Below, in pieces: positions 13,642 to 25,955 of a DNA stretch of 64,000 nucleotides (positions are counted from its first letter, which is position 1; each line of letters begins with the position of its first letter). The stretch comes from Paraspadella gotoi (lineage: Eukaryota; Animalia; Chaetognatha). The notes beneath the pieces are model-generated. The model saw nothing but the letters and a program-made list of their open reading frames with translations, made no database searches and was not told where the DNA came from. The stretch is taken from NCBI GenBank assembly GCA_051294375.1, contig CM119269.1:6309919-6373918 (forward strand). The letters are read 5' to 3'. Both the position numbers and the translations under genes were made by a program.

Positions 13642-16398
13642 ATGGCATCGACGATCGACGTGGATTCCATCACCCCCGCGGACGATGTCCTTTCAAGGCC
13701 GAAACTCCCGACTCCGGTCCCGGACGGACTCCCCGCGGGCGATCTGTCTCATCAGGACATCGCGCAGTTCTTCGCTGGGAGATATGTTTTTCTCACGGGC
13801 GCCACTGGATTTGTCGGGAAAGTGAGTAGAAGAACGCAGCTACGTAGATTGTGACGTAAAGTGAAACCGAAACTAAATTGGATCAACCAATATAAAAAAT
13901 ATTTATTCATTCGATAAGTAAGCTATCTTGCCTCCGACTTGGGACAACTGCTATGTTGTCTTATATTTTATATTTCTGGTGACAAAGTAACAAGAGTTAT
14001 TTTATTTTTATTTGTACAACGATGATTAGTACAACGATGATTAGTACAACGTAATTATTTAATCATCGTTGTACTAATGAAAATAAAATAACTCTTGTTA
14101 CTTTGTCACTAACTTCCAAAAACAACGAAAATGCTACGTTTATATTTCTAATATTTCTATATTTTTTCCTTACCTGCCCCTTTCCCCATCCATCCCCAAA
14201 TCCGACACATTCTCCAGGTGTTGATAGAGAAGATCCTTTACTCTTGCCCTCGAATTGCGGGATTCTACGTTCTCATTCGACCCAAGCGTGGACGAAGCAT
14301 CGAAGAGAGGGTGGCCCATTTGGTCAATGTCAAGCTGTTTGACCGCGTTAGAAGCAGAGTATGTGCGCCATTTGGGTTGAGAAATAAATATGTAGCACCT
14401 CAGGTTGTCATCTCTCCTCTTCGATCACAGGATCCGGACTTTGCCAAAAAGATTCTGCCGATCAATGGCGACATCTACGAACCGAATCTGGGAATTTCGG
14501 CGCAGGACGAAAAGCTCCTCGTGGAGAATGTCTCCGTCGTGTTCCATTCGGCCGCCTCGGTCCGATTCGACGATCCTATCAGGCTCGCCGTCGAGATGAA
14601 CGTCAGGTATCATTTAATGTTTTGGTTTTTTTTTCTCATACGTATGTGTTTATTTAGTTTAAAATCGTTCCTGAATTTTGTATTTTTTACATTAGAGGGA
14701 CGGAAAAGATCTTGGCCCTCTGTCGGCGAATGAATCGTCTCCTGGCGGCGATTCACGTCTCGACCGCCTACGCCAACTGCGACCGCGCCCAGGTCCTTGA
14801 ATCCGTCTACCCACCGCCGGCGGATTTTCAGAAATGGACGGCACTGATCGATTGGATGGACGACGCCACACTGGACAAGCTCACTCCTTCGTTGCTTTGT
14901 TAGTTTTAATATTGATTTTTAATATTAATACATTCTAGCTGTCCTTACTTGACTATTTCCCGTAGGCGAGCGGCCTAACACTTACACATACACTAAGGCC
15001 ATTGCGGAGCACATCATCTCCGAAGAGTACGCCAAGGAAGAAGATCCCGACAAGAGAGTTCCGATGGCAATCGGTAGGGAAAGATTCCCATTTTTTCAGT
15101 CCCCTTCTCTATAATTCATTTTATTGAGAAAAGTATGAAAAATAAGTTTCTTCGCAGTCCGCCCCTCCATCGTGGGCGCTTCGTGGAAAGAGCCTTTCCC
15201 CGGGTGGATCGATAACTTTAACGGACCGACGGGAATCTTCGCCGCCATCGGCAATGGCCTCCTTCGCGTGATGAAAGGTAAGCGTGTCCCCCCGAGGGAA
15301 GTTGATTTAAAGTTTCGCCAACAACGAAGAGCTTCAGTGAGATCCTCTTTTGATTCCAGGCGACGCGGAAGCTACTGCGGATGTCATCCCCGTCGACGTC
15401 ACTGTCAATGTCTTGATCGCCAGCGCCTGGTTTACCGCCACGCAACGACCCAACGGCATCGTGGTTTACAACTGCACCACCGGTAATTGGACCCCTCTCG
15501 CTTGTTTTTAGCTTTTTCTTCTTTAAAACATAATTTTTGTATGTAGGAGCCATCAACCGATTGACTTGGGGTCAGATGGAAAAAGTCTGCACGGCGACGT
15601 TGATCGAGAATCCGCTAGAGCGCGCCATTCGCGTTCCCCACGCCGTTTTCACCAAAAGAACTCTGTGGCATTCGCTCAAAAGATTTTTCGATGAGGTTAA
15701 AAAAATATTTTCTTTTCTCTTTTTCCTTTTATTTTATCGAATTTGCTTCTCTTATGTTAGGTGTTACCCGCCTACGTGTTGGACCTCGGCCTGGGCCTGA
15801 TGGGTCGCAAGACTGAGTTCATCCGCCTGCAGGATCGCCTGGCCAAGACGACCTCCTGCCTGGAGTTCTTCACCTCTAACGGGTGGGAGTTTTCCTCCGA
15901 CAACGTGCTCGTCCTTAAGAAGGCGCTGGCCGCCTCGGATCGTCAGTCCTTCAATTTTGACGTCGAGGGGATGGACTGGAATGATTATTTGGAGAACTAC
16001 GTCATCGGTACGCTCCCTTTAAGACTTTTGCCTTCACAGTTTAAAATACATTAGCCGAAGGCGTTAAATTATCTTTAAATTTATTTCCGCCTCTCTAAGG
16101 AACCAAAATCTACGCGCTCAAAGAAAACATTCAAAATCTTCCTGTCGCTCGAAAGCATTTACGCCGACTGAGATACATTTCATGGGCAGCGCAGGTAAGG
16201 CGTCGCAGAACGAAGCCTCTCTTACGGCGATCAAACGAAAATATTCTCGTTTATGCCCCCCCTAAGGTGTTCTTGGCGGTGCTGCTGTGGCGATTCCTCG
16301 TTTCCAAAACGGCGTTCGCCCGACGCATTTGGCTCTTGATCCCCACGGCGTCGGCGGCCGTCGTCAAGGCGCTCCCCGACGTTGCCAAGGCTCGCTAA
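13642..16398 (+). CDS. FAR1: Fatty acyl-CoA reductase
   Basis: TGATGFVGK Rossmann motif, [51 protein letters not shown], Sterile domain and C-terminal TM. Confidence 0.96.
13979..14109. repeat. 131-bp foldback (palindromic, MITE-like) element in FAR intron 1
   Basis: Perfect 30-bp terminal inverted repeat GTGACAAAGTAACAAGAGTTATTTTATTTT / AAAATAAAATAACTCTTGTTACTTTGTCAC, with internal TAGTACAACGATGAT units. Confidence 0.85.
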
Positions 16399-17775
16399 AT
16401 CCTCCGGGAGAAATGGGGGGTTAGGTGGAAAGCGAGTTGGGATGGGTGGGTGTGTTTGGGTGTTAAGCCTGCGGAAACGATCTAGTCACCTCTATATTCA
16501 TTTTTTTTTAAAGTATTAATTAAAATTAAATAATAAAGGTTTATGAGCAAAAAGGAAATTATCTATCCGTTTTTTTTTTTATATCAACGAGATGATCCAG
16601 CAAAATATATACATATATCTACGTACGCGGAATCAGCTAATCTATATCGAATCATAAGAATGCCAATTACACGCATTTTCCTTTTTTTTTTCAAACGGAA
16701 TCGATTTTTGGTGTTGCCCTCATTTAGCTTGATTTCTCCTCCACAACAAATCACATCAATTTTTTCCCCTTCATCTCACCAAAAGCTTTTCTTAGGACTT
16801 TTAAACATTAAAATACGACAATTCTAAGTATTCCAATTTTTATTTATTTATTTCGTTTTTAACCAGTTACTATCATACTCAAACAACTGTGACATTGTTA
16901 ACCGTTGGAAATATTGCTTCGAAGAGCCGTGAAGAAAAAGCCGTTGACGTTGCTGCAACTACATTCTGTCCTTTTTTTCTTTTTTCAACCGTTTTAAAAA
17001 AAGCATATTTATGTATTTTTGCCATTTTGGGTATGCACTATTGTTTTATTGCCATATTCCTATTGCGTATCTACGTATATGTATACGTATCTTTATATAC
17101 GTATATATTGATTTATACATGGTATTGCTCGGTTTCGAAATACTCGAGGCTTGCGTAGTATTTGTAGTTTGTACGTCTTGGAATGGAAGATCTCATGCTT
17201 CACGATCGGAAAGTGATAATTGGCAAATTTACTTTTAGGAAGCGGAGCTTTTTTTATCGAGCGGCTATTAGGGTCATCATCTCTTTACAAATCTGTCAAG
17301 TTATGACGCGTCTTTTCTGGGATCATACCGAAATGTCAATGTTATTCTTGAATCGTTAGCACTGTCCAAATACGGGTGGCGGTTTAACATCTCACCACAA
17401 CATAGTTGCAGTAATCAATCAGCAAAACGATTTTTCTCATTTTGGCGGATTTGAAATCATTGGAGAAATAAGTCGTCTTATTTTTAGCGAAGGATGTTCT
17501 TTTTTTTTTTTAATTAGATTGATCGTCGATGAACAAAAAAAAAAGTTAATTATGAATCATTCATTTGTGATAGCTTCCTTGTTTTTAATTTACTTTATAT
17601 ATTGCCTTATTTGGTAAGGTCGTAATCGTGCTCGAACTTTTAAAAAATGTGGCCGGAATTTCATTCTCCTTGACGATCGAAGCGAAGGTCCCGAACTTCC
17701 TAAAGTTTTCAAAAGAAAAGAAGAAAAAATATAGAAACTAAAAACATTCCTTTCCCCTCGCATTTCCGTCGCACG

Positions 17776-18906
17776 ATGCCCTCCACTCCGGATTTTACAT
17801 TGAACGTCTTGGTGGGCGGCGTTCCGCTGCCGGAATACGTCGGCGCCGATGGGCGCCATTTTGTCGAGTCTCCGTTGACGACGCCGGTTTCTTACAAGGT
17901 CGAGACTTCAGAAATGACCGCTCATGGAGATCTGGAGACGCAACGGTGGCCGGTTACTCCTTATCAGGTGAGGGAGAATGGTTTTTTGAAGAAGCACCCT
18001 TTGCAACTACCGCTCATTGTAAACGCTCTTGCACATTTCTATCCCTCAAGGTGCGAATCCAGGCTCATCTCTCCGCCCCGCACACCTACTATCACATCTA
18101 CGTGGACGGGGTGCTCGCCAAGAAAACGTCGATCCGCCCGGGAGCCAGCGTCACCATCTTTGGGTTCGACGACCAACTCGCCGTCAAGGAGTTTCTCTTC
18201 TCCCTCCCGCGATTTCCTAAACACGAGCACGACAAGTTGGAGAAGACGCGAGTGTCCAAGGTCGGCGTCATCGAGGTCGTCGCCTTCAACGCCACCAAGG
18301 GTGAGGAAGAGAATGCCAAAGGGTTTTCGTAATCGAGGTTTTTAAATAACCTCAGTCTTTTTCGATTCACCAACAGTGAAGGAAAGGATGGAGCACCGCT
18401 CCAAGGCACTCAGCTTCGAACAAGCCTCCAAAAAAGACTGCTCCTCAGTGACGCAAGGCAACCACACGATGAGCACAACAAAAGTGGGAAAAGTAGTTCG
18501 GCAGAAGGCACTCTGCAGAAAAGTGGACAAATGGCGGAAGCTCGGAGTCAGGAGCACGGCAGAATTGCATTACAGGTTTATAACTTTATAAATCTTTTTT
18601 TTTTTTTTAACTCTTATCACCTTTTGGCCAATGAAATCAAAATTAATCTAAACTGGAATTCCTAGAATGGGTCACTCTCTCGAAGACATGGGATTCGTTC
18701 TTCAACCAATCAACGTTCCGCAACCCGCCCTCTCACAACCCACAAACGATAACTGTAAAGTGAAGCCAGGCACGCCCGCCCCAGCCTCCTCCGGCCCCGC
18801 GACCGAGACCGAACCCTCCACCTCTCAAGTCGTTAAGCAAGAACCCATTCCCTTCAACCCTCCAAACCCCATTGTTCCCGGGGAAGTGATCGTTTTGGAT
18901 GATTGA
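17776..18906 (+). CDS. Uncharacterised protein resembling the DUF7918-type family; exons about 17776-17967, 18051-18300, 18376-18574, 18666-18906
   Basis: Four phase-compatible exons. Motif order V.VGGVPLPEY…VES…IYVDG…FGF…EFLF…VGVIEV…LHYR…LEDMG recalls DUF7918 (from memory, not searched). Confidence 0.75.
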
Positions 18907-19248
18907 TTACTTATCTTCACCGTACACTACAGTGTACACAGTCAAGTCTAACCGGATCTAAAGAGATTGATTAATTTAATGATATTTTTCAAGAGGGATA
19001 TTTCTTGTAAAGAAATTTATGATTTTTATCTCATAGGTTATGGTATTTTAAAAAAGAAACATAATTTATATGATCCTTAGACGTACGTACGTATGTATTT
19101 CTCATTGTCCAGCTCGTTTATTCATTGAATATAAGTTTCCATTTTTAGAAATCGTTTTATTCGTTTTTAAAAAAATATCGTTTTATTCTGATATCACTTA
19201 TGTTTTGTATAAATTACAGATTTTACATATTCGTTAATTAAAAAAAAA

Positions 19249-19717
19249 ATGGCGCCGAAATACGCGATGGCCATTGGGCGCGTCCGAGACAAGGGATTCC
19301 GCACGACGAAACACAAGGCTCCGGTCAAACCCTCCCGTAGAAAGGGAGTTCAGCACAAAGTAAGATTAAATTTTAAAATCCGTGACGTTATGTAAAAAAT
19401 ATTTGACTAAAAATCTAATTTTCGCAGCGCGTAAAATTCGTGAGGGAGCTCGTGCGCGAGTTGGCGGGATTCGCTCCTTACGAAAAGCGGTGCTTGGAGT
19501 TGTTGAAGGTGAGATTCGTTGATATCTGACGATCGACGGCTTCGATCTTCTGTTTTACTCCTTTTTTTTTTTTTTTTTTTTGCAGGTCTCCAAAGATAAA
19601 CGCTGCTTGAAGTTCGCCAAGAAGAGGCTCGGTGCCCACGTCAGAGGAAAGCGAAAGCGAGAGGAAATGCAATCGGTCTTGCAAGCGCAACGCAAAGCCG
19701 CAAGCGCCAAACAATAA
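19249..19717 (+). CDS. RPL36: 60S ribosomal protein L36, 3 exons
   Basis: KPSRRKG…[54 protein letters not shown]. Confidence 0.97.
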
Positions 19718-19936
19718 AGACAAACTCCATCGCATGTTTTTTCTTTTTCTTCCTCGATCATAATGCGCCAATTTTGGTTCTAGTTAACGAACGTTTCGTG
19801 AGAATTTTTATCTAAAAGTTGATTTGTAATTTCATTTTGTTTTTTCAGCCCAGAGTTAAAATTTAACGATACTTTGTGATAAGTGGAATGTGTTTACGCT
19901 AAGAATACACTCTCCCAAATTAATTATATAGAGACC

Positions 19937-21252
19937 ATGGCTCTTTCTAACGACGTCAGGTCCGACCCTTTCCACACTGGCGTGACAAAGATTTTATTGG
20001 AAGCCGTAATGAAACTGGCGGCTCTTACCGGTACTTCGGGTTTTTCTTGATTTATTTAAATCAATGAATTTTTTCTCTATGTATCTAATAGTAATATAAA
20101 TACAAAACGCATATGATATTTCAGACTCGCGCCTCTTCGTTCTGGTGGAGAATTTCGAAGGTGGGCGTCAGTTCGCAGGATCGCGGCACCTGACGCAGGC
20201 TTTCCGCGCTGGCGGCATCGGCCCACTGCCCACCGACGTGGAAGTGCAGATGCCGGTCGACGTGGCGCCCGTCAAACACTCCTCCATCGGCGCCCCCAAC
20301 GCCCACCATCACCACCACCACAGCAGCGGCGTCCGTCGCCCGGCGCCCTCGCGCGATCACCACCACTCCTCCGGCGTGAAGAGGCTCAAGATGAGCGACG
20401 GCTCGGAACACGTCCTTGAACAACAGGTGCCGCCGCCCGTCTCCGGATCTTTGCCCCTCGATACGCGGTATTCGACCGGCGCTCCTGCCGTTGTGACCTC
20501 GCCCTATGGCCAGTCTTACGTGAACAACAAGTCCGGAAGGTGAGTCTCTGCGATTTGATGAATACGATTCCATCTTTTAACTTCCTTCCTTCCCTCAAGC
20601 GATTGGAGTTCGGGAAACCTTCAAACTGTCCAGTTCGACGCCGTCGACGGATTCCACTCTCCCCATCATCCCCAACACCATCACCCCGATCACCATCGCG
20701 ACCACCATGGCCTCGTCGACGAAGGCAGCGACTCTTGCATCCCCGAGGAGCTGAAGAAACAGTGGCAGGAACACCGGGCGCTCAAGGAAAGGTCGCCGAA
20801 ACAGTTGGCCAGATTAGAGAGGGAAAGAAGGTGGGGGCAGCCTCGTTTTTTTTCCAAGTCCCACCGGCGCCGCTTTAACGCCGATCGTATGAAAGAATTT
20901 TTTTCCTTGTTTAAAGTTTTCAATTCTTTCCAGGAAGCGCGAGAACATGTCCGAGGCGGAGCGCGAGATGTTGCGCCGCAAACAGGCGATGCAGGCGCGA
21001 GAGCGGCGCCGAAACCAGTCGCGGGCTCTGGGCGAGGCGCGCCGCAACCAAGACGTTGAGTTCGAAATCGAGGAGCGGGCGCGCCTCGTCGGCGCTCGCT
21101 ACGACCCGCCGCTCGAGGGAGAGACTCTGCAGGAGCAGCGGAACCGCCGGGCCAACAACCGGCGCCGCGTCAAGTTCGCCGAGAACAAACTCGACGCAGT
21201 CGGACTCGGGAATTTCGAAGTCAAGCCCATCGACGTGCACGAATCCTTGTGA
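19937..21252 (+). CDS. Novel protein A: MADS-like N-terminal module, His/Pro-rich linker, basic RYDPP repeat; exons 19937-20030, 20125-20539, 20600-20830, 20934-21252
   Basis: Four phase-consistent GT-AG exons. N-terminus is homologous to the gene at 30185; C-terminus is homologous to the modules at 22800-25839. Confidence 0.85.
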
Positions 21253-22116
21253 TCGATTTTTTCCAAATCATTTGGCGCCAAAAAATAAAAATAATACAGT
21301 TGATTCGTACCGACATATTTTCGACAAAGAAGAATTGTTCCCATGACAACATAGCCGATGTCTTGGAGGGGAAAGCCCTGAGGATGAACTCGTTAACGGC
21401 GCCACTTCAAACATTATGTTGTTATTATTTGGGAAAGAAAAACATATATTATAAGTCGACAATAGGCGCGTGCTACATTATCGTATATGCTATGTTTTGA
21501 AAACTCTTTAAGACATTGTACGGTCGCGTATATTCTTTGGATTTTTTTTCTCGAAGATTTACATTTCATCAAGTATTAGTTTTACTTAGTCGGGCTGCAG
21601 AGTGTTTTACCTAGTCTATTTGTTTTAAAATAGACGAGTAAATCAAATCTGATTTTTATATTTACATCGTTGAAATTCTCAGAAGTTATTAGTTTTTTAG
21701 TTTGAAGCCAAGCAAAGGTAAACAGAATCATTCATACGGTTGTCAATTCAGACGACTTATCATTCGACGACATATTACCGATTGTGTTATTTTTGGTTAT
21801 TAAAACTTCCTTCACGCAATTCTTAGACAACAAAATTTACTTAATTCACGATTTTGTATTGTAAAGTACGTGTGCATGTTTACTTTGTAAATACCCCGAT
21901 CCTTCATCTGTAAATTAATTGCCATACTTTTTTTTGTCTCTCTTTTAACGACTTTAAAATTTGAGAATCGAAAAAAAGACTGTAGGCTATGAACAACAAT
22001 GTCGCTTTCTCCTCAACCCTTTTCACGTCCCATTTTCGATCCTGCCCTTCCCTCGTTTCGATCTCTCTCAATCTCTTTATCTCTTTTACTTGCAGCGATT
22101 TTAGTTCGCCGCCAAA

Positions 22117-24950
22117 ATGAGCGTCGGGAACATGAACGTCGCTTACCCGACGATCTGGACGAAGGTAAACACCAACTGGTCAGCGGTTAATCTGCAAACC
22201 GTACACTTTGAACCGGTTACCATGGAAGCGTACCAACAGGCGCAGCAGAGCACCCCGGGTGAGGCGAAAGGTGAAGATCTTCCAACATCTTTTCTTTTCT
22301 TCAATCGTTGAAATTTCGTTTTAAAACCAAAGGAAGGGTATCAATTTTTTTTTTCCCGTTTTCCCTTGTCGTCAAGGCAATGCCATTATCGCCAACGCTG
22401 CCGCCCTCTCGGGCGTTCAGGTCAACGGCCTTCCCATCAAGAAAGAATGGCCCCCTCAGCAAGTTTCCCAAGGCCAGCTGCCCCAGACTCACATCACCCC
22501 CATTCAAGTGACCGCTGGGCCGGGACAACAGTTACCCGGCCAGCCCCAGGTCATCCAACTCCAACCGCAACACCTGCAGCAGCTGCAGCACCAGCAGCAA
22601 CATCAGTCGCAGCAACAGCCTCAGCTCCTCCAACCCATCCAGCTCTCAGGCGAAGCTTCCAAGGGTCTCTCCATAGTGACGGCCGTGACGCCCGTGACGG
22701 CCGTGACCCCGGGACCCAATCATCCGCAACCCTCCCAAACGCCCACCAGCCACCACCAGTCCCACCCGACGCCCAGCACCACGCCCGCCATGTCCGCCGC
22801 CGATCGTTCTCCGAAATATCTCGCGCGTCTCGAACGCGAGCGGAAAAAGCGCGAGAACATGACGGAGGAAGAAAGGCTCCTTTTGCGACAGAGGCAGGCG
22901 CAGCAGGCGCGCGATCGCCGCCGCAACCAGGCCCACGCTCTCACCGAGGCGCGCCGGAGCCACGGGGGCGACATCGAGAACGAGGTCGAGAGGCGCGCGC
23001 GGCTCATCGGCGCCAGATACGACCCTCCAGTCGATGGGGAGTCAATTCACGAGCAGAGAAACCGGAGGAACAACAACAGGTTCTATAGAAATAGAGAGAC
23101 GAGAGATTGCGTCGTCACCTCTTTATTTGTACATACAAATAAGTATTTTGAGATATTGTTAATTTAGATACGTAAATAAATTTAAAACAGAGATTAAGAG
23201 TAAGAGAGAGTAAGAGAGTTATTAAATTGGTACAACAAATATAAGAATTATCCATTCATAAAATAAATACTATCAAGGAAAAAAGTATATCACATTTTTA
23301 ATAAAGGATATCTAATCGAAAACTTATTTGATTTAAAAAAAATTTGAATGTTTTCGAATTTAAATTAAATTTATTTTCAGTAGCTTCCTTCTTTTTTTTG
23401 TAGGTCAAATCGTTTAGAAGTTACAGGCAAAAAAATATTGTTACTTCAAATGAAAAATGGCGAAAAAAGTTTTTTATTATTTTTGATATTTAATTATTTG
23501 TTTTTATTTTGAATAAAGTAATTTTTTTTCAATTTGGCAATGCTAAAGGCCTTATATCTCATTTTGGTTCAAAAAAATGCTTTTATAGCTTTCAGAAAAG
23601 AGAGAAAAACGCGTAATATCATCGAGTCTTAAAAGAATTTCATTAAAGATGTGGAAAAACATTTCACTGTCAAACCTCAATTTACTGTATGAGAGCATAC
23701 CCAGATAAATGCAGGCTGTAATCAATACCGAAGAAGGGTATACCAAATATTAAGAATGTTTTACTCATGTTTTGTATATTTTTTATTAAATAAATGAATT
23801 ATGTGATATACTGTTTTCCTAGATAGTAAGCTATCTTGCCCCTGACAATGGAGTGGCTATGGTGGGCTAAGGCCTACATCTCTCCTACGAAATAGTATCT
23901 TAGCATAGTTAGCATAGTACCTGACTTCTCCATCAATGAAGTTATATAATGTTTCAATTGTGAGTCCCTAAAATTAAATGTAAAAAATAAAAAAGGTTTA
24001 GTCGATCCCTTACCTCGTGACGACGCAATCTCTCGTCCGCGTCAGGCGACGAGTCAAGTTCGCGGAAACCCGCGGTATGGACATGGAGTTCGAGATAGAG
24101 AAGCGATGCCGCTCTGTCGGCTCGCGATACGACCCTCCCGTCCCCAACGAAACCATACAGGAGAAGAAAAACAGGCGTCAGAACAACAGGAGACGCCTGA
24201 AATTCGCTGAAAAAAAATTGAGTCAAAATGGGGTTGGTATATTGAATTTAAATTTGTTATTCGGAAATTAAAAAAAAATAAATCAAAGGCTGGGTTTCGC
24301 GGCAGGGTAAACGAATGAATTTTTTTCTTAAAGATTGCTGACTTTTTCCAACGTATACTAGTAGAAAAAAATAATGTAGTCGATTAATTAGGAACTGGCT
24401 TCTGTGTGTTGAAAACAAAAAACACTAAATACATATGGAAATGGAATAATTTTATTTTTAACATAACGTGCCTTGAAAAAAAATATTTTTTTGGACTTCG
24501 AAGATGTGCAGCAATTTTTAATTTTCTGATTCATTGTCTATTTTGCCGTAAAATCAAAGAATGAGTCATAAATGTCTTTAAATACTTATGCCAATATTTT
24601 GTAACCCACGGTTTAAATTTTTTTTAGTTTTTAATTTTATTTTTGCATGAGAGTGATATTCCCTGCTCATGTTAACACCTTAAACCTATTATTATTTTAA
24701 ACATTTCTTTTTATAAAGTGATACTATATCAGCGTAATTGTGCCTTCTTTTTACAGCGAAAATCTTTGATGGTTAATGGTTATTGATTAACTTAAATCAA
24801 ACCCGATGTTAAAAGTTTGAAAGTATAAGTAATAATGCGATATCTTTTAAAATCCCGATTTTAATTTATTTTAAACTTGACCTTTAGATCTTGTTCCAAT
24901 TTCAGTTTTTGGAAGGCCCTTTGACGCTCGATGCGGAGAAAACAGACTGA
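22117..24950 (+). CDS. Novel protein B: Gln-rich region plus two RYDPP repeats; exons 22117-22270, 22377-23080, 24045-24232, then last exon 24906-24950 or 25441-25839
   Basis: Phase-consistent splice sites. Shares the WS.xNLQTV.F..V motif and the RYDPP domain with gene A. The final exon is ambiguous. Confidence 0.75.
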
Positions 24951-25398
24951 CTTTGCACATCTTAAATATTTTATTTTATTTTAAATAATTTTAAAAATAA
25001 AAAATATTAGCAATTTTTTTTTTTAATTTACGAGGGGCCAGCGATGAATTTTTAGACTGAAGTACTAACTACTACATAGTAAATAATTTAAATTTTAGAT
25101 TCTTTTTAATATGAATTTAAAAATTAAAGAATAATGCGTAGTTTCTTATTTCTCTCGAAGACAAAGTTTTATTTAATAAGTTACATAACGTTACATACGT
25201 GACATTTTAATGGTTTTTGTCGCGGGTCCTTCGTAATATTAAACCTTTCCCTTTCTCATTTCAAATTTCCGACCAAATTATATTCCAAAACAAATTTGAA
25301 TCTGATATACCGTCCTAAAACTCCCTCTCCCCCTCCTTTCGACTCTTCTCTGCATTTCACCGCCGCCGCAACCACCGCAACCCGTGCTCGACCGCGAC

Positions 25399-25839
25399 AT
25401 GCACCACCACTCTCACCAAACGCCGCCGCCGCTTCCTCAGAATTGGTGCAACCGTCAGAATCAGCCCGCGAAAGACGCCTCCTCCAAGTACATGGCGCGT
25501 ATGGAGCGCGAGAGGAAGAAGCGCGAGAACATGACGGAGGAGGAGCGGGAGTCGTTGCGTCTCAGACAGGCGCAGCAGGCGCGCGACAGGCGCCGCGCGG
25601 CCTCCCGCGCCCTCAGTGATGCGCGCAAGAACCAAGATATCGAGCTGGAGATCGAGGCGCGCGCGAGGATCGTGGGAGCGCGTTACGATCCGCCCAACGA
25701 GGGCGAAACCCTGCTCGAGCAGAGGAACCGACGCAACAACAATAGGCGACGCGTAAAGTTCGCCGAAAACAAACTGGGATCCTCGGGACTGGCAGACTTC
25801 GAGATCAAGTCCGTCAGCGTCAGCGACGCCGTGGCGTAA
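25399..25839 (+). CDS. RYDPP-repeat module C: either a single-exon gene from ATG 25399 or an alternative last exon (25441-25839) of gene B
   Basis: KYMARMERERKKRENMTEEER…GARYDPPNEGETLLEQRNRRNNNRRRVKFAENKL is a close paralog of the gene A and B C-termini; phase-0 acceptor at 25440. Confidence 0.75.
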   Translation: MHHHSHQTPPPLPQNWCNRQNQPAKDASSKYMARMERERKKRENMTEEERESLRLRQAQQARDRRRAASRALSDARKNQDIELEIEARARIVGARYDPPNEGETLLEQRNRRNNNRRRVKFAENKLGSSGLADFEIKSVSVSDAVA

Positions 25840-25869
25840 AAAATAAAATTACTTCTTTTTTTTCGTTTG

Positions 25870-25874
<5 letters not shown>

Positions 25875-25937
<63 letters not shown>

Positions 25938-25955
25938 CTCTCTCTCTCTCTCCTC
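25875..25955. repeat. (CT)n microsatellite
   Basis: About 80 bp of CT dinucleotide repeat with minor interruptions. Confidence 0.95.

Noticed and set aside
13917-13965. AGTAAGCTATCTTGCC motif shared with about 23825
   Set aside because: A 16-bp match with weak extension; it is likely a repeat fragment but too short to classify.
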